NCBI GenBank assembly: GCA_963667015.2
Contig: CAXXJJ010000004.1
Coordinates: 3,584,001-3,648,000, forward strand
DNA: 64,000 bases
DNA from: Desulfatiglandales bacterium
GTDB lineage: Bacteria > Desulfobacterota > DSM-4660 > Desulfatiglandales > HGW-15
Direction: 5' to 3'
The notes under the pieces are model-generated. The model was given only the letters and a program-made list of their open reading frames with translations, searched no databases and had not been told where the DNA came from. Below are positions 30,136 to 39,795 of the stretch, piece after piece. Numbering within the stretch: the stretch's first letter is position 1; each line of letters begins with the position of its first letter. The translations under genes and the position numbers were made by a program.

Positions 30136-30376
30136 TTTTTTATTATCCTCCCAGAAATGACACTTGAACATAAACCCGGGAAAACACAATAGAAAGTTTT
30201 ATTGATTGAATCCAGGGAAAGTATTATGTATCAATTATATATCAGTCATATCCGAGGGAGACCTGCTGACAAGATATGTAATTGTTAAAAAGAACTCGAG
30301 GCAGGCCTTCCACATAGACTGATATACAGGCTGTCTGAAATATTCATGGAAGATTGTAACAACAGGAGGATAGCAA

Positions 30377-30943
30377 ATGCGGATATATATTATATCAGGA
30401 TATATTATATCAGGTTTTATTCTGCTCTCTTTGATCGGCTGTAATAAAGAAAATCAGGAATGGAACCCCATCTTTGAAAACACCAGTTTTAACTATCTTA
30501 ACACAGAAATTGAACGGTCGATATCAATAATAGATGAAGCATCTTCCGAATCACTCAAGGAAAACGGGGACGCTGTGCAGGAAAAACTGCATCAGGCAAA
30601 AAGCAGACTGCTTGAGTTAAAGGACTATTATGTCCCGCTGACAACAGTAAGGCATAAAATTTATGATGCCGAAAGATTTTATAAACTTAATAATATTAAA
30701 AAATCTGAAAGCCTGCTCAACGATTCAAAATCAATACTAAAAACAGTAGATTCAGCAGCAGAAAATCAGGTCTTTGATAAAGTGATCCTTGAACTTGAAT
30801 CAATGATCGATGCAGCAATTCTATCCCTTGATGACAAATCCGGATCAACAACCTATGATAAAATGAAAACCCTGGGAGAACATATAAACCTGATGCTTGA
30901 AAAGGGAGATCTTGTATTATCGGGTATTGAATTCAATAAATAG
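30377..30943 (+). CDS. Hypothetical helical lipoprotein
   Basis: Lipobox LIGC; 15-bp tandem duplication ATATATTATATCAGG at 30385-30414 in the signal peptide. Confidence 0.7.
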   Translation: MRIYIISGYIISGFILLSLIGCNKENQEWNPIFENTSFNYLNTEIERSISIIDEASSESLKENGDAVQEKLHQAKSRLLELKDYYVPLTTVRHKIYDAERFYKLNNIKKSESLLNDSKSILKTVDSAAENQVFDKVILELESMIDAAILSLDDKSGSTTYDKMKTLGEHINLMLEKGDLVLSGIEFNK

Positions 30944-31205
30944 TATCACCGGTTTGATAACGTAAAGACCAACATATCAATGAATTACCAACAGTATGAA
31001 AAGGAGATAATCCGCAAAGAGTCTTCTTTTCATAAAAAATATTATTTGATATTATACATACCTATAAAATCAGGTATTAACCTATTACCTGTATCACGCG
31101 AATTACTGCTTCAGATCAAAAACCTGATATCAAAGCCGATATTGTCTCTGTGTACATTCTGTAGAAACGTTCCATTTTTTAATCTGTCAGACAAAAGGAA
31201 GCTGT

Positions 31206-31424
31206 ATGGCGAAGAAGAAATTAAAGGAACATCTCATCAACCGGGAATGGTGCAAGGGATGCGGCATATGTGTGCACTTCTGTCCTAAAAATGTTCTGGA
31301 ACTGGATGATGACGAAAAGGCTTTTGCTGCACGTCCGGAAGACTGCATATGCTGCATGATGTGTGAACTTAGGTGTCCGGACCTTGCGATTGAGATTTTA
31401 ACCGAAGAAGAGGGGGCGCCTTAA
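31206..31424 (+). CDS. korD: 2-oxoacid oxidoreductase delta subunit (2x4Fe-4S ferredoxin)
   Basis: CKGCGICVHFCP and CICCMMCELRCP. Confidence 0.85.
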   Translation: MAKKKLKEHLINREWCKGCGICVHFCPKNVLELDDDEKAFAARPEDCICCMMCELRCPDLAIEILTEEEGAP

Positions 31425-31425
31425 G

Positions 31426-32574
31426 ATGACACAAAAGATAAGATTTGTTCAGGGAAATGAGGCATGTGTGGAGGGAGCCCTGTATGCGGGTCTTAATTTT
31501 TATGCAGGATACCCCATAACGCCTTCCACTGAAATTGCGGAACACCTGTCGCACCGGCTTCCCCTTGCCGGAGGCAAATTTATTCAGATGGAGGATGAGA
31601 TCGCATCCATCTGTGCCATTATCGGCGCATCCCTGACCGGTCACAAGGTCATGACTGCCACCAGCGGCCCCGGGTTTTCCCTGATGCAGGAAGGGCTGGG
31701 ATATGCCATCATGGCTGAAATTCCATGCGTGATTGTTAATATCATGCGTGGCGGGCCTTCCACCGGTCTGCCCACTTCTCCTGGCCAGGGAGATATAAAC
31801 CAGGCCCGCTGGGGAGCACACGGCGACCATGCCATTGTGGCAATGACCGCTTCCAACCATCAGGATGTATTCAGCGTTACGGTGGATGCATTCAACATTG
31901 CAGAGACCTACCGGACACCGGTTATTCTGCTCTTTGACGAAGTTATCGGCCATATGCGGGAGAAACTTGTCATACCGGAACCGGATGAACTGCCGGTGGT
32001 TAAGCGTCTACGAACATCGGTAAAAACAGGGGTGGATTATCACCCCTATCTCCCCAGGGACGACGGACGTCTGCCCATGTCCGATTTCGGCGCAGAGCAC
32101 CGGTATAACGTGACCGGCCTGTATCACGACATGTGGGGATTCCCCTCCAATAACCCGGGCGTGGTACACAACCTGATTCATCACCTTGTAGACAAGATAA
32201 CAAACAACGTGAACCAGCTTACCCGGTACAAGGAGTATTATCTTGAAGATGCCCGGACAATCCTCATATCCTACGGCGGTTCCGCCCGGTCAGCTCTCCA
32301 TATAGTTGAAAACCGCAGGGCAAGGGGTGAGCGAATGGGCCTTCTGGAGCTCCAGACACTCTGGCCTTTTCCATATGGACTGGTGGAGGAGAAATGTAAA
32401 CATGCCCGCAATATCGTAGTTGTTGAGATGAATATGGGCCAGATTGTCCGGGCGGTGAAGCAGGCGGTCAAAAACCCGGCGCGGGTAATGCTTGCCAATC
32501 GTATTGATGGTGTGTTTATTACGCCGACCGATATCAAGAGCACCATACGCCTGATTCAGGGAAAGGGGGTGTAA
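31426..32574 (+). CDS. korA: 2-oxoacid (probably 2-oxoglutarate):ferredoxin oxidoreductase alpha
   Basis: GNEA, AGYPITPSTE, QMEDE, TATSGPGFSLMQE. Confidence 0.88.
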   Translation: MTQKIRFVQGNEACVEGALYAGLNFYAGYPITPSTEIAEHLSHRLPLAGGKFIQMEDEIASICAIIGASLTGHKVMTATSGPGFSLMQEGLGYAIMAEIPCVIVNIMRGGPSTGLPTSPGQGDINQARWGAHGDHAIVAMTASNHQDVFSVTVDAFNIAETYRTPVILLFDEVIGHMREKLVIPEPDELPVVKRLRTSVKTGVDYHPYLPRDDGRLPMSDFGAEHRYNVTGLYHDMWGFPSNNPGVVHNLIHHLVDKITNNVNQLTRYKEYYLEDARTILISYGGSARSALHIVENRRARGERMGLLELQTLWPFPYGLVEEKCKHARNIVVVEMNMGQIVRAVKQAVKNPARVMLANRIDGVFITPTDIKSTIRLIQGKGV

Positions 32575-32576
32575 GA

Positions 32577-33386
32577 ATGCCTGTCAAAGATTATCTTCGT
32601 CAGAGATTTTTCCCCCATATATGGTGTGCAGGCTGCGGTCACGGGATTGTCCTCAACTGTCTGCTCCGGGCAGTTGAAGGCCTTGGAATCAGTAAAAACG
32701 AAATTACCATGGTGTCGGGCATCGGCTGTTCTTCCCGAATTTCAGGCTATGTGGATTTCCATACCCTCCACACTCTGCATGGAAGGGCACTTGCCTTTGC
32801 AACAGGCATTAAACTCAGCAAGCCAAAATTAAATGTGATTGTTCCCATGGGAGACGGTGACGCGCTTGCCATAGGCGGCAACCATTTCATTCACGCGGCC
32901 CGGCGGAACATAGCCATGACAGCGATTGTCATGAACAACCGGATCTACGGCATGACCGGCGGCCAGTTCTCACCCCTGTCCGGTTATGGAACGGTTTCAA
33001 CCACCGCACCTTTTGGAAATATAGATCATGATTTTGATGTGGTGGAACTGGCAAAGGCTGCAGGCGCTACCTTTGTGGCCCGAACTACCACCTACCATGC
33101 CCATGAAATGATTGAAATCCTGAAAAAGGCCATCATCCATAAAGGATTTTCAGTTGTGGAAATTCTCTCCCAGTGCCCCACCTATTTCGGCAGAAAAAAC
33201 CGGCTGGGAGATGCCCCCGATATGATGGAGCTGATGAAGGAAAATACCACGCCCATAGGCTCAAAGGCAAAAGCGGAAAATCCCGACCTGATTGAGCGGG
33301 GAATCTTTGTTCAGACAGAGAAACCGGAATATTGCAGTGAATACGAGCAGGTGATTGAAAAAGCAATTAGAGAAGGAGTTGCCTGA
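32577..33386 (+). CDS. korB: 2-oxoacid:ferredoxin oxidoreductase beta
   Basis: WCAGCG, SGIGCS, GDGD, YGMTGGQ. Confidence 0.88.
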   Translation: MPVKDYLRQRFFPHIWCAGCGHGIVLNCLLRAVEGLGISKNEITMVSGIGCSSRISGYVDFHTLHTLHGRALAFATGIKLSKPKLNVIVPMGDGDALAIGGNHFIHAARRNIAMTAIVMNNRIYGMTGGQFSPLSGYGTVSTTAPFGNIDHDFDVVELAKAAGATFVARTTTYHAHEMIEILKKAIIHKGFSVVEILSQCPTYFGRKNRLGDAPDMMELMKENTTPIGSKAKAENPDLIERGIFVQTEKPEYCSEYEQVIEKAIREGVA

Positions 33387-33931
33387 TGAAAAAATGCAGA
33401 CTGATATTTTCAGGTTCGGGCGGACAGGGTGTAATCACCGCGTCCATCATTCTGGCTGAGGCAGCTGTGCTTTACGAAAACCTGAACGCCACCCAGGCCC
33501 AGGTCTACGGCCCTGAAGCCAGGGGCGGTGCGACCCGTGCCGATGTGATCATTGCTGACACCGAAATCCGTTTTCCCAAGGTGACCCAGCCCAATATCCT
33601 GGTCTGTCTGACACAGGAGGCATATGACAAATTTTTCGCTATCATCCGCCCAGGCGGCCTGTTGATCACCGATTCCCGGTTTGTTAAAACCCAGGCCAAG
33701 GTGGATGCCCGGTCAATATCCCTTCCGATGTACTCCACCATTATTGAAAAGATAGGCAAGACAATTGTGTATAACATCTGCATGCTGGGCGCAGTCATCG
33801 GCCTTACCAATCTTGTAAAACCTGAATCGGTTATGAAATCGCTGGAAACCCGTATACCCTCAGGTTTTCTTGATATAAACCGTCAGGCTTTGCATCTGGG
33901 CATGGAACTGGGAGCTGTTGGAAAAACATGA
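33386..33931 (+). CDS. korC: 2-oxoacid:ferredoxin oxidoreductase gamma
   Basis: GSGGQG and YGPEARGG. Confidence 0.88.
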   Translation: MKKCRLIFSGSGGQGVITASIILAEAAVLYENLNATQAQVYGPEARGGATRADVIIADTEIRFPKVTQPNILVCLTQEAYDKFFAIIRPGGLLITDSRFVKTQAKVDARSISLPMYSTIIEKIGKTIVYNICMLGAVIGLTNLVKPESVMKSLETRIPSGFLDINRQALHLGMELGAVGKT

Positions 33932-34029
33932 AAAAGATATAGGGCCCGATAAGCCATACTTAGCTGCGTAAACGGATCAATGATATTTAAAAAATCTTTT
34001 CAGAGGTAAAACTCCCTCACGGTGTTCTT

Positions 34030-34338
34030 AATTTTGTCCCTCTGACTATCTTCACGGAGGTTCAGAGCCAGAATCGAATAGCGCAGGAAGAAATCTTTGG
34101 GCCTGTCATGGCTGTCATAAAGGTTTCGGACTTTGACGAAGCGCTCGAAACCGCAAACAATACCGACTACGCATTGACCGGCGCGCTGGTGGAAAGGCAC
34201 CCCTTTGGAGGATTCAGGCTGTCAGACCTGGGTTCAAAGGCAGGAGGTCCGGACTATCTGCCCCACTTCATGGTACCCAGGAATGTCTCGGAAAACACCC
34301 TTCGACGAGGCTTTGCTCCTGGAGAGGATTCGAACTGA
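34030..34338 (+). pseudogene. C-terminal remnant of PutA/P5C dehydrogenase with internal deletion
   Basis: RIAQEEIFGPV, ANNTDYALTG joined to ALVERHPFGG, KAGGPDYL, ENTLRRGFAP. Confidence 0.8.
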
Positions 34339-34498
34339 TTTTTTTATGTGTTAATTTCATATCGCCTCCCATATCTTACATAATTTAAGAGTCATCTATT
34401 TTGTATTCTCTCCGCTGAAAAATGAGTTAGTGTCTGACTCAATTACTGGGTTTTTAAATAATATTGAGTTAGAAACAGTTAACTGAAAGGAGATTGAT

Positions 34499-35032
34499 AT
34501 GATAAAAAAGTCTATTATTTTGATTACACTGATTTTGGTTTTCGGTTTTCAGGGATGTGCAACAACAAAAAATCCGGAAGCAGGTGCAGTAGCAAACAAG
34601 GAGAGCAAGAGGGAAAGTGTAGAGGAGTTACTTAACCTGGTAGATGCAAAATCTGTGATAAACACTGTTTATTCCCAGATGGACCAGGTCTTTAAGGGTA
34701 TGGGGCAGCAGCTTGGGGTAAAGCCTTCGGAGCAGGAAGTATTTGATAAATTTATGTCAAAGGTGGCCTCAATGATGAAGGAGGAGATGAACTGGGATAA
34801 AATGAAAGACCAGATGATAAATATCTATCTCAAGCATTACTCTGAAAAGGAAATACAGGACCAGATTGCCTTTTATAAAAGTGATTCCGGGCAGTCCATG
34901 ATAAAAAAACAGCCTGCAGTATTAAAAGATACAATGATGTTTTCTCAGAATCTTGTAAAAAATTTCATTCCTAAATTACAGAAAATTTCACAGGAGCTGG
35001 AGGCAGAGTTAAAGGCCTCAAGAAATAATTAA
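34499..35032 (+). CDS. DUF2059-like lipoprotein
   Basis: Lipobox FQGC; IYLKHYSEKEIQDQIAFYKSDSGQ. Confidence 0.75.
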   Translation: MIKKSIILITLILVFGFQGCATTKNPEAGAVANKESKRESVEELLNLVDAKSVINTVYSQMDQVFKGMGQQLGVKPSEQEVFDKFMSKVASMMKEEMNWDKMKDQMINIYLKHYSEKEIQDQIAFYKSDSGQSMIKKQPAVLKDTMMFSQNLVKNFIPKLQKISQELEAELKASRNN

Positions 35033-35096
35033 TATCAATTCACAGCACTTTACCGGGACGGGCCTGCTGCACCATGGTATGCGGCAGGCTGCCCGG

Positions 35097-35128
35097 TTAA
35101 AGCTAAAAACTTTCAACCGCCTTGATAT
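35097..35128. repeat. 32-bp direct repeat, copy 1
   Basis: TTAAAGCTAAAAACTTTCAACCGCCTTGATAT; 30/32 identical to 36255-36286. Confidence 0.8.
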
Positions 35129-35473
35129 ACTTTAGCTGTTAATATAATCTACCACTTTTCCCAAATTTTTTTTTAAAAATCTTCTTTGATTAGGAGACTA
35201 TGCATATCAGATAATATTATTTTTTGATTGTCAAACAAACCATACACTCCATACCGATATGACTGAGAAGGGATTTTATGAAATACAGAGCCCCAATTAT
35301 TAAGACCAATTTCTCTTATTTTATCACCACTGTCATCAACCCTGAAATCATTCGTTAAGTCAATGCAAATATAGTAGTTTTTACTGGATTAATCATCTTC
35401 AAATGGTCTATCATACCTTATAACACGATATTTTCCTTACTGAGATAATCCAAAATGGATATGAAAGATAGGA

Positions 35474-35568
35474 TGAACTACCCTGCCGCAAGCAACGGGG
35501 TATCAAATAGGAAATAAACCTGTTTAATCGCCGCAAGCGACGAGGTATCAGACCTTGCGCTTCGCAAT
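35474..35568. mobile_element. Non-autonomous IS200/IS605-type palindromic element (PATE-like)
   Basis: Two related GCAA-loop hairpins, TACCCTGCCGCAAGCAACGGGGTA and CGCCGCAAGCGACGAGGTATC; no transposase. Confidence 0.5.
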
Positions 35569-35581
35569 AGAGGGGGATACG

Positions 35582-35806
35582 ATGTCTCAGACCGAAAACA
35601 TTAATACAAAAGATTTAGCAAATATGCTGGAACCCATGATCAGGCGGGTTGTCAGGGAAGAACTGTTAAATATACTAAAAAAGAATCCGGAGATTTTTCA
35701 GCTTACACCGGATATGCCTCTTTATGAGGATATGGAAGATATAAGCCAGCGCAAAGCTCAGGATAATATCAAACTGCATTCTCATGAAGAGGTCTGGGGT
35801 GACTGA
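35582..35806 (+). CDS. Putative type II antitoxin
   Basis: Small protein ending SHEEVWGD and overlapping the toxin start; ATG 35582 follows GAGGGGG. Confidence 0.6.
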   Translation: MSQTENINTKDLANMLEPMIRRVVREELLNILKKNPEIFQLTPDMPLYEDMEDISQRKAQDNIKLHSHEEVWGD

Positions 35807-36128
35807 TTATAACGCTGTTTATGAAGATAATTTTGTCAGTAATTTACGCCGGTACAGTTCAATAAGAAAAAATATAAAACGCCGTGTTGAAAGAGTTTTA
35901 TCCGATCCATACCAGAGCACCGAATCCCTTACAGACGCCAGCGGAAAGCTTAACCTGAGAGGTGTACGAAGCGCACGGGTTGACAGAAACTTCCGGATTA
36001 TTTTTGTGATCTGCGAAGAATGCAGGAACATACCGGAATGTGAGTATTGCTTTTGTGAGGGCCTGGACAGTAAGACAGTGGTCTTTTTGACTGTCGGACC
36101 TCATGACAAGGCTTATGCAATAAAATAG
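35784..36128 (+). CDS. RelE/ParE/YafQ-like toxin with Cys-rich insertion
   Basis: LRGVRSARVDRNFRIIF...VVFLTVGPHDKAY with ICEECRNIPECEYCFC insert; probable GTG start near 35799. Confidence 0.7.
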   Translation: MKRSGVTDYNAVYEDNFVSNLRRYSSIRKNIKRRVERVLSDPYQSTESLTDASGKLNLRGVRSARVDRNFRIIFVICEECRNIPECEYCFCEGLDSKTVVFLTVGPHDKAYAIK

Positions 36129-36254
36129 GAGGCAGATTGTCTGCATCCTCAGGTTACAGCCCTTCGGGCTTCCACAACCTGCGGGAGCAGCCATGACTTA
36201 TCTTGTACGCTCCTTTCAGTCGCTTTATACCCACCACCGAAATACAAAAGGCGA

Positions 36255-36286
36255 TTAAAGATAAAAACCTTCAACCGCCTTGATAT
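36255..36286. repeat. 32-bp direct repeat, copy 2
   Basis: TTAAAGATAAAAACCTTCAACCGCCTTGATAT. Confidence 0.8.
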
Positions 36287-36346
36287 TATTATAGGATTGC
36301 CCCTCTTTACACGTTTGAGTTAGAATTTTGGACACCGTTGTTTTTT

Positions 36347-36985
36347 TCAGCGGGGTGGTTCATACATTAATTTCTCATCCCAAGCAGGATAAAGCCCATC
36401 ATATTCCTCTAAAGGTTCATATTCCAAACCGCTAACATTATTTGCCTTAAAATTTTCCATAAGGTCTTCAGAAACTAGGACGATTTCTGAAAGAGGATTT
36501 AATTTCAAAATGTCCAGAGATATTTCTAAAGCACCTTTTAAATGGATATTTTTAATATCCAAGATATTACCATAATCCATATTTTTTCTTGATTTTTCAG
36601 TGCAAAAAAGAATGTTTGTTTTTTTAAGATCGATTATTTTACTGATATTGATGTCTTTGTAAAAAATCAATAAGTAACAATCTGTAACCAAATTACTTTC
36701 TTTCCTTAATTCAATATTTATTCTTTTAAAATATATACCATCATTTTCCACCTTACTTAGGATATTGAATACCTTGCCTGATATAATCCAACAACCATAT
36801 CCCCATACATGAAGAAAATCCGGCCTCTTTTTCTTAGTTTTTATAATACCTGTTAATTTTAATTTATCTATATCAGATGGTAGCATACCACTATATGCGG
36901 CATCTAAGAGCTCGCTATCTCCTCTCCAGTCATCAATTTTAGCAAATTCATTCCCAGAATTAACATGAATAATATAATATCCCAT
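36347..36985 (-). CDS. Imm11/DUF1629-like immunity protein
   Basis: PDFL...WIISGKV, IDLKKT, VLVSEDL...NVSGLEY; AT-rich; downstream of RHS. Confidence 0.6.
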   Translation of the reverse strand: MGYYIIHVNSGNEFAKIDDWRGDSELLDAAYSGMLPSDIDKLKLTGIIKTKKKRPDFLHVWGYGCWIISGKVFNILSKVENDGIYFKRINIELRKESNLVTDCYLLIFYKDINISKIIDLKKTNILFCTEKSRKNMDYGNILDIKNIHLKGALEISLDILKLNPLSEIVLVSEDLMENFKANNVSGLEYEPLEEYDGLYPAWDEKLMYEPPR

Positions 36986-37070
36986 TATTTACCTTATACT
37001 ATAATAGTTGTTTCTTTAATAATTCCATATCACTAAAATTACTTACAAATGCTTTCACAAAACATAGGAA

Positions 37071-37229
37071 TTACCCATTAGGTATAGGTGGCAGTTTCTC
37101 TTTTTGAAGTTTTTCTATGCCTTCCTTTAGATCTTTTCGAATCTTTTTAACTTGATTTCTTAATATTTTTCCAGCTTCATCTTCAGTTAATTTTTTAGCA
37201 TCAACTCTTTTCGCCAAACTTAGGATTAT
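37071..37229 (-). pseudogene. Orphan C-terminal tip of a polymorphic toxin (AHH-like helical tail)
   Basis: Start-less frame IILSLAKRVDAKKLTEDEAGKILRNQVKKIRKDLKEGIEKLQKEKLPPIPNG* between the transposase end and Imm11. Confidence 0.4.
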
Positions 37230-37245
37230 ATTGAAGCGAAAGCGG

Positions 37246-38601
37246 TCAGACCTTCATTATTGACAATTTATTTTCAATTTTTTTCAGCGTTCTTTCCAGA
37301 GCTTTATCTTTCTTAAGCTGTGCGGCAATCCGCCTGCTTGCCTGACATACTCCGGAACTTCCTATCTCAAAATGCGTACCAATATCGTCCAGTCTTTTTC
37401 CAGTAAGTCTTCTACATAGATATATCTTTATGTTCCTTGAAAGTTTTTTATCTTCTTTGACAGCCTTATCTACTTCTTCAGAGATATTATCTATAGATAT
37501 TTCTCTCTTTAAGGTTTTTAATGCCGGCAGATCTTTATCATCCTTTTGACCTGACAGATATTTATCTTTTATAAAGTTAATAAATTCCTGTGTGCCCAAT
37601 AATGTTGAGCTTACAACATCTTTCAGTGGGCTCTCATATTGTTTATCAATCATTTCACCTACAAATTTCTTATAGATCTTTTGTGCTTCAGAAAGTTTTT
37701 TGCCGAAATACCCAAGAATAAAATCGATCCTAAGCCATTCAGGATATTTTTTATTTCCAATGTAATATGAATAACTTGACCACTCATATTCTTCCGGAAA
37801 CTCAACTATTTTTGCTCTTACAGGATTCAAATGTATATATCTCGGCGGGGTTTCGAAACTTTTATCTTGTACTGTACCAGTATAAAATCCAGGTGCAGCT
37901 AAAGGATATGCACCTGTATAACGTGCATGTTCAAGTGTCACACCTGTTACCATATTTCCAGTTATTGTGCTATACGCAATAAATGTACCACGTGTAGTTC
38001 TATCGGTTGACATACCTCGAGTGATATTAATTACAACTATATGCCCACTTGGATCTGTATAAAATAGAGGATTATTAAAACAATAAGCATACCGGTTAAG
38101 TTTCTGAGGATCATGAACTGCGGACCTTTCTGTATCAATAAAATCTGGGACCTCACTATCCGCACTAATAAACCTCCCGATTACAGGATCATAGAGCCGA
38201 GCGTCGTAATTGTAGAGGTTAGATGACTTATCGAGTTCCTGGTCCGTAAACTTATAATCCGAAACCTCAGTCCCTGTATGTTCCCTCATCCCGCCAAAGG
38301 GCATATACTCACTTGTCTCAATTTCCCCTGCTGTACTATTAGTCATGGCAGTGGAACTGCCGAGATGATCCTTGTGGAAAATAGTGGCTGTTGACCCTTC
38401 TATTTCAGCAACCCTCAGGTTTCCGGCAAATATGAATTTTATATGAGTGCCATTCTTTATCTCATAGTCACTGGAAATATAATATGTTGTTGTTCCTCCC
38501 GCAACCTTTTTAACCCTGACACCATCGCCGTCATAGGTTAAAGTTGTTGTAGTGCCACCACGTGTTACCGTACACGGCATATTGTCCGTATTCGGCAACA
38601 C
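37246..38601 (-). pseudogene. Chimeric ORF: RHS core plus truncated toxin tip fused to the C-terminal part of a Y1 (RAYT-like) transposase
   Basis: DHLGS, YNYDARLYDPVIGRFISAD, YAYCFNNPLFYTDPSG; then RYIHLNPVRA..YEWSSY and a C-terminal HTH; junction near 37845. Confidence 0.8.
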
Positions 38602-38803
38602 CGGCAGGATTTTTCAGAGCATTCCTGCTATGGAAGAAACTGCTGAACAATCCATATTGATATAGGAATTCTAACAAGAATAATGAAGACCGGCTGGAGG
38701 ATAAAAGAAAGTAAAATAATCTGCCTGTAAAAACTTCTCCCCTCCTGGCCGGAGGGGACAGGTTATCTGGAGAACCAGATAAAGTCTCCAAAATAAACTT
38801 ATC

Positions 38804-39589
38804 TTATGGATGCGGTGCGCTATTTAATATCTCAATCATTTCACCATGGATACCGGGAGTGGATGCCAGGATGGTTTTTACATAGGGATTGTAAGGGTTT
38901 CCATTAAAGTCGCTGATTAATCCTCCAGCCTCCTGGACAATAAGGCTTGCGGCGGCTGTGTCCCATGGTTTTAAACCCTGCTCCCAGAATCCGTCCAGCC
39001 TGCCTGCTGCGACATAACAGAGATCAACAGCCGCAGCCCCTGCCCTTCTTATACCCTGAGCCTCGACTATAACTTTTTTCAAATAGTTCAAAACAGGTTC
39101 CGGATCTTCATACACATCATAGGGAAATCCTGTCCCGATAAGAGAATCCTTCATGCTTACTTTATCCGATACCCTGAATTCATTTTTATTAAGAAAAGCA
39201 CCTTTACCCTTTTCGGCCTCAAAAAATTCATCCAGCACAGGGTTAAATACAACGCCGGCCACTGTTTCATTTTTTAACTGAAGGGCAATAGATACCCCGA
39301 AAAATGGAAAGGAATGGGCAAAGTTTGTGGTTCCGTCAAGAGGATCAACTATCCACAGACGATCTGTCCCTTCACCCTGCTCTCCCGACTCTTCAGCAAG
39401 AATCATATCTTCTGGAAAGTCATGGGAGATCACATCGATTACAGCCTTTTCCGATGCCAGATCTGCCTCGGTCACAAGATCAATTTTACCTTTTTTATTT
39501 ATGCTGCGGATATTGCCGTAGAGCTCTTTTAAAATTCTGCCCGCTTCTGTTGCCGCACGCCGGGCTGTTTTCATCTCTTTTTTCCACAT
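38804..39589 (-). CDS. suhB: Inositol monophosphatase family protein
   Basis: DLVTEAD, WIVDPLDGTTNF, RRAGAAA, WDTAA. Confidence 0.9.
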   Translation of the reverse strand: MWKKEMKTARRAATEAGRILKELYGNIRSINKKGKIDLVTEADLASEKAVIDVISHDFPEDMILAEESGEQGEGTDRLWIVDPLDGTTNFAHSFPFFGVSIALQLKNETVAGVVFNPVLDEFFEAEKGKGAFLNKNEFRVSDKVSMKDSLIGTGFPYDVYEDPEPVLNYLKKVIVEAQGIRRAGAAAVDLCYVAAGRLDGFWEQGLKPWDTAAASLIVQEAGGLISDFNGNPYNPYVKTILASTPGIHGEMIEILNSAPHP

Positions 39590-39795
39590 GGCTTAAAAAC
39601 TCCTCTTAATATGTATCCCTTAGGGACATCCCATAAAATGCCACAGGTTTCAATACCTAATTGCCGCGGTTAACACAATGCTCATCCATTCTTAAATACT
39701 AATCACCCTATCCTGATTTTATCCGGTTTGATAAGTTACTGACAATTTGCTACATTTTACAGTCTTTATTAATCCTACACAGGAAGGTTATCTGA

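Noticed and set aside
30980..31288. 102-aa ORF
   Set aside because: Overlaps korD, has no recognisable motif and is probably the kor promoter region.
34325..34340. tRNA fragment (GGATTCGAAC)
   Set aside because: No cloverleaf in the flanking sequence.
36318..38675. RHS/Imm11 region as one large cassette (GTTAGAATT ... AATTCTAAC)
   Set aside because: No attC hairpin follows the second box; a 9-bp match is plausible by chance in AT-rich DNA.
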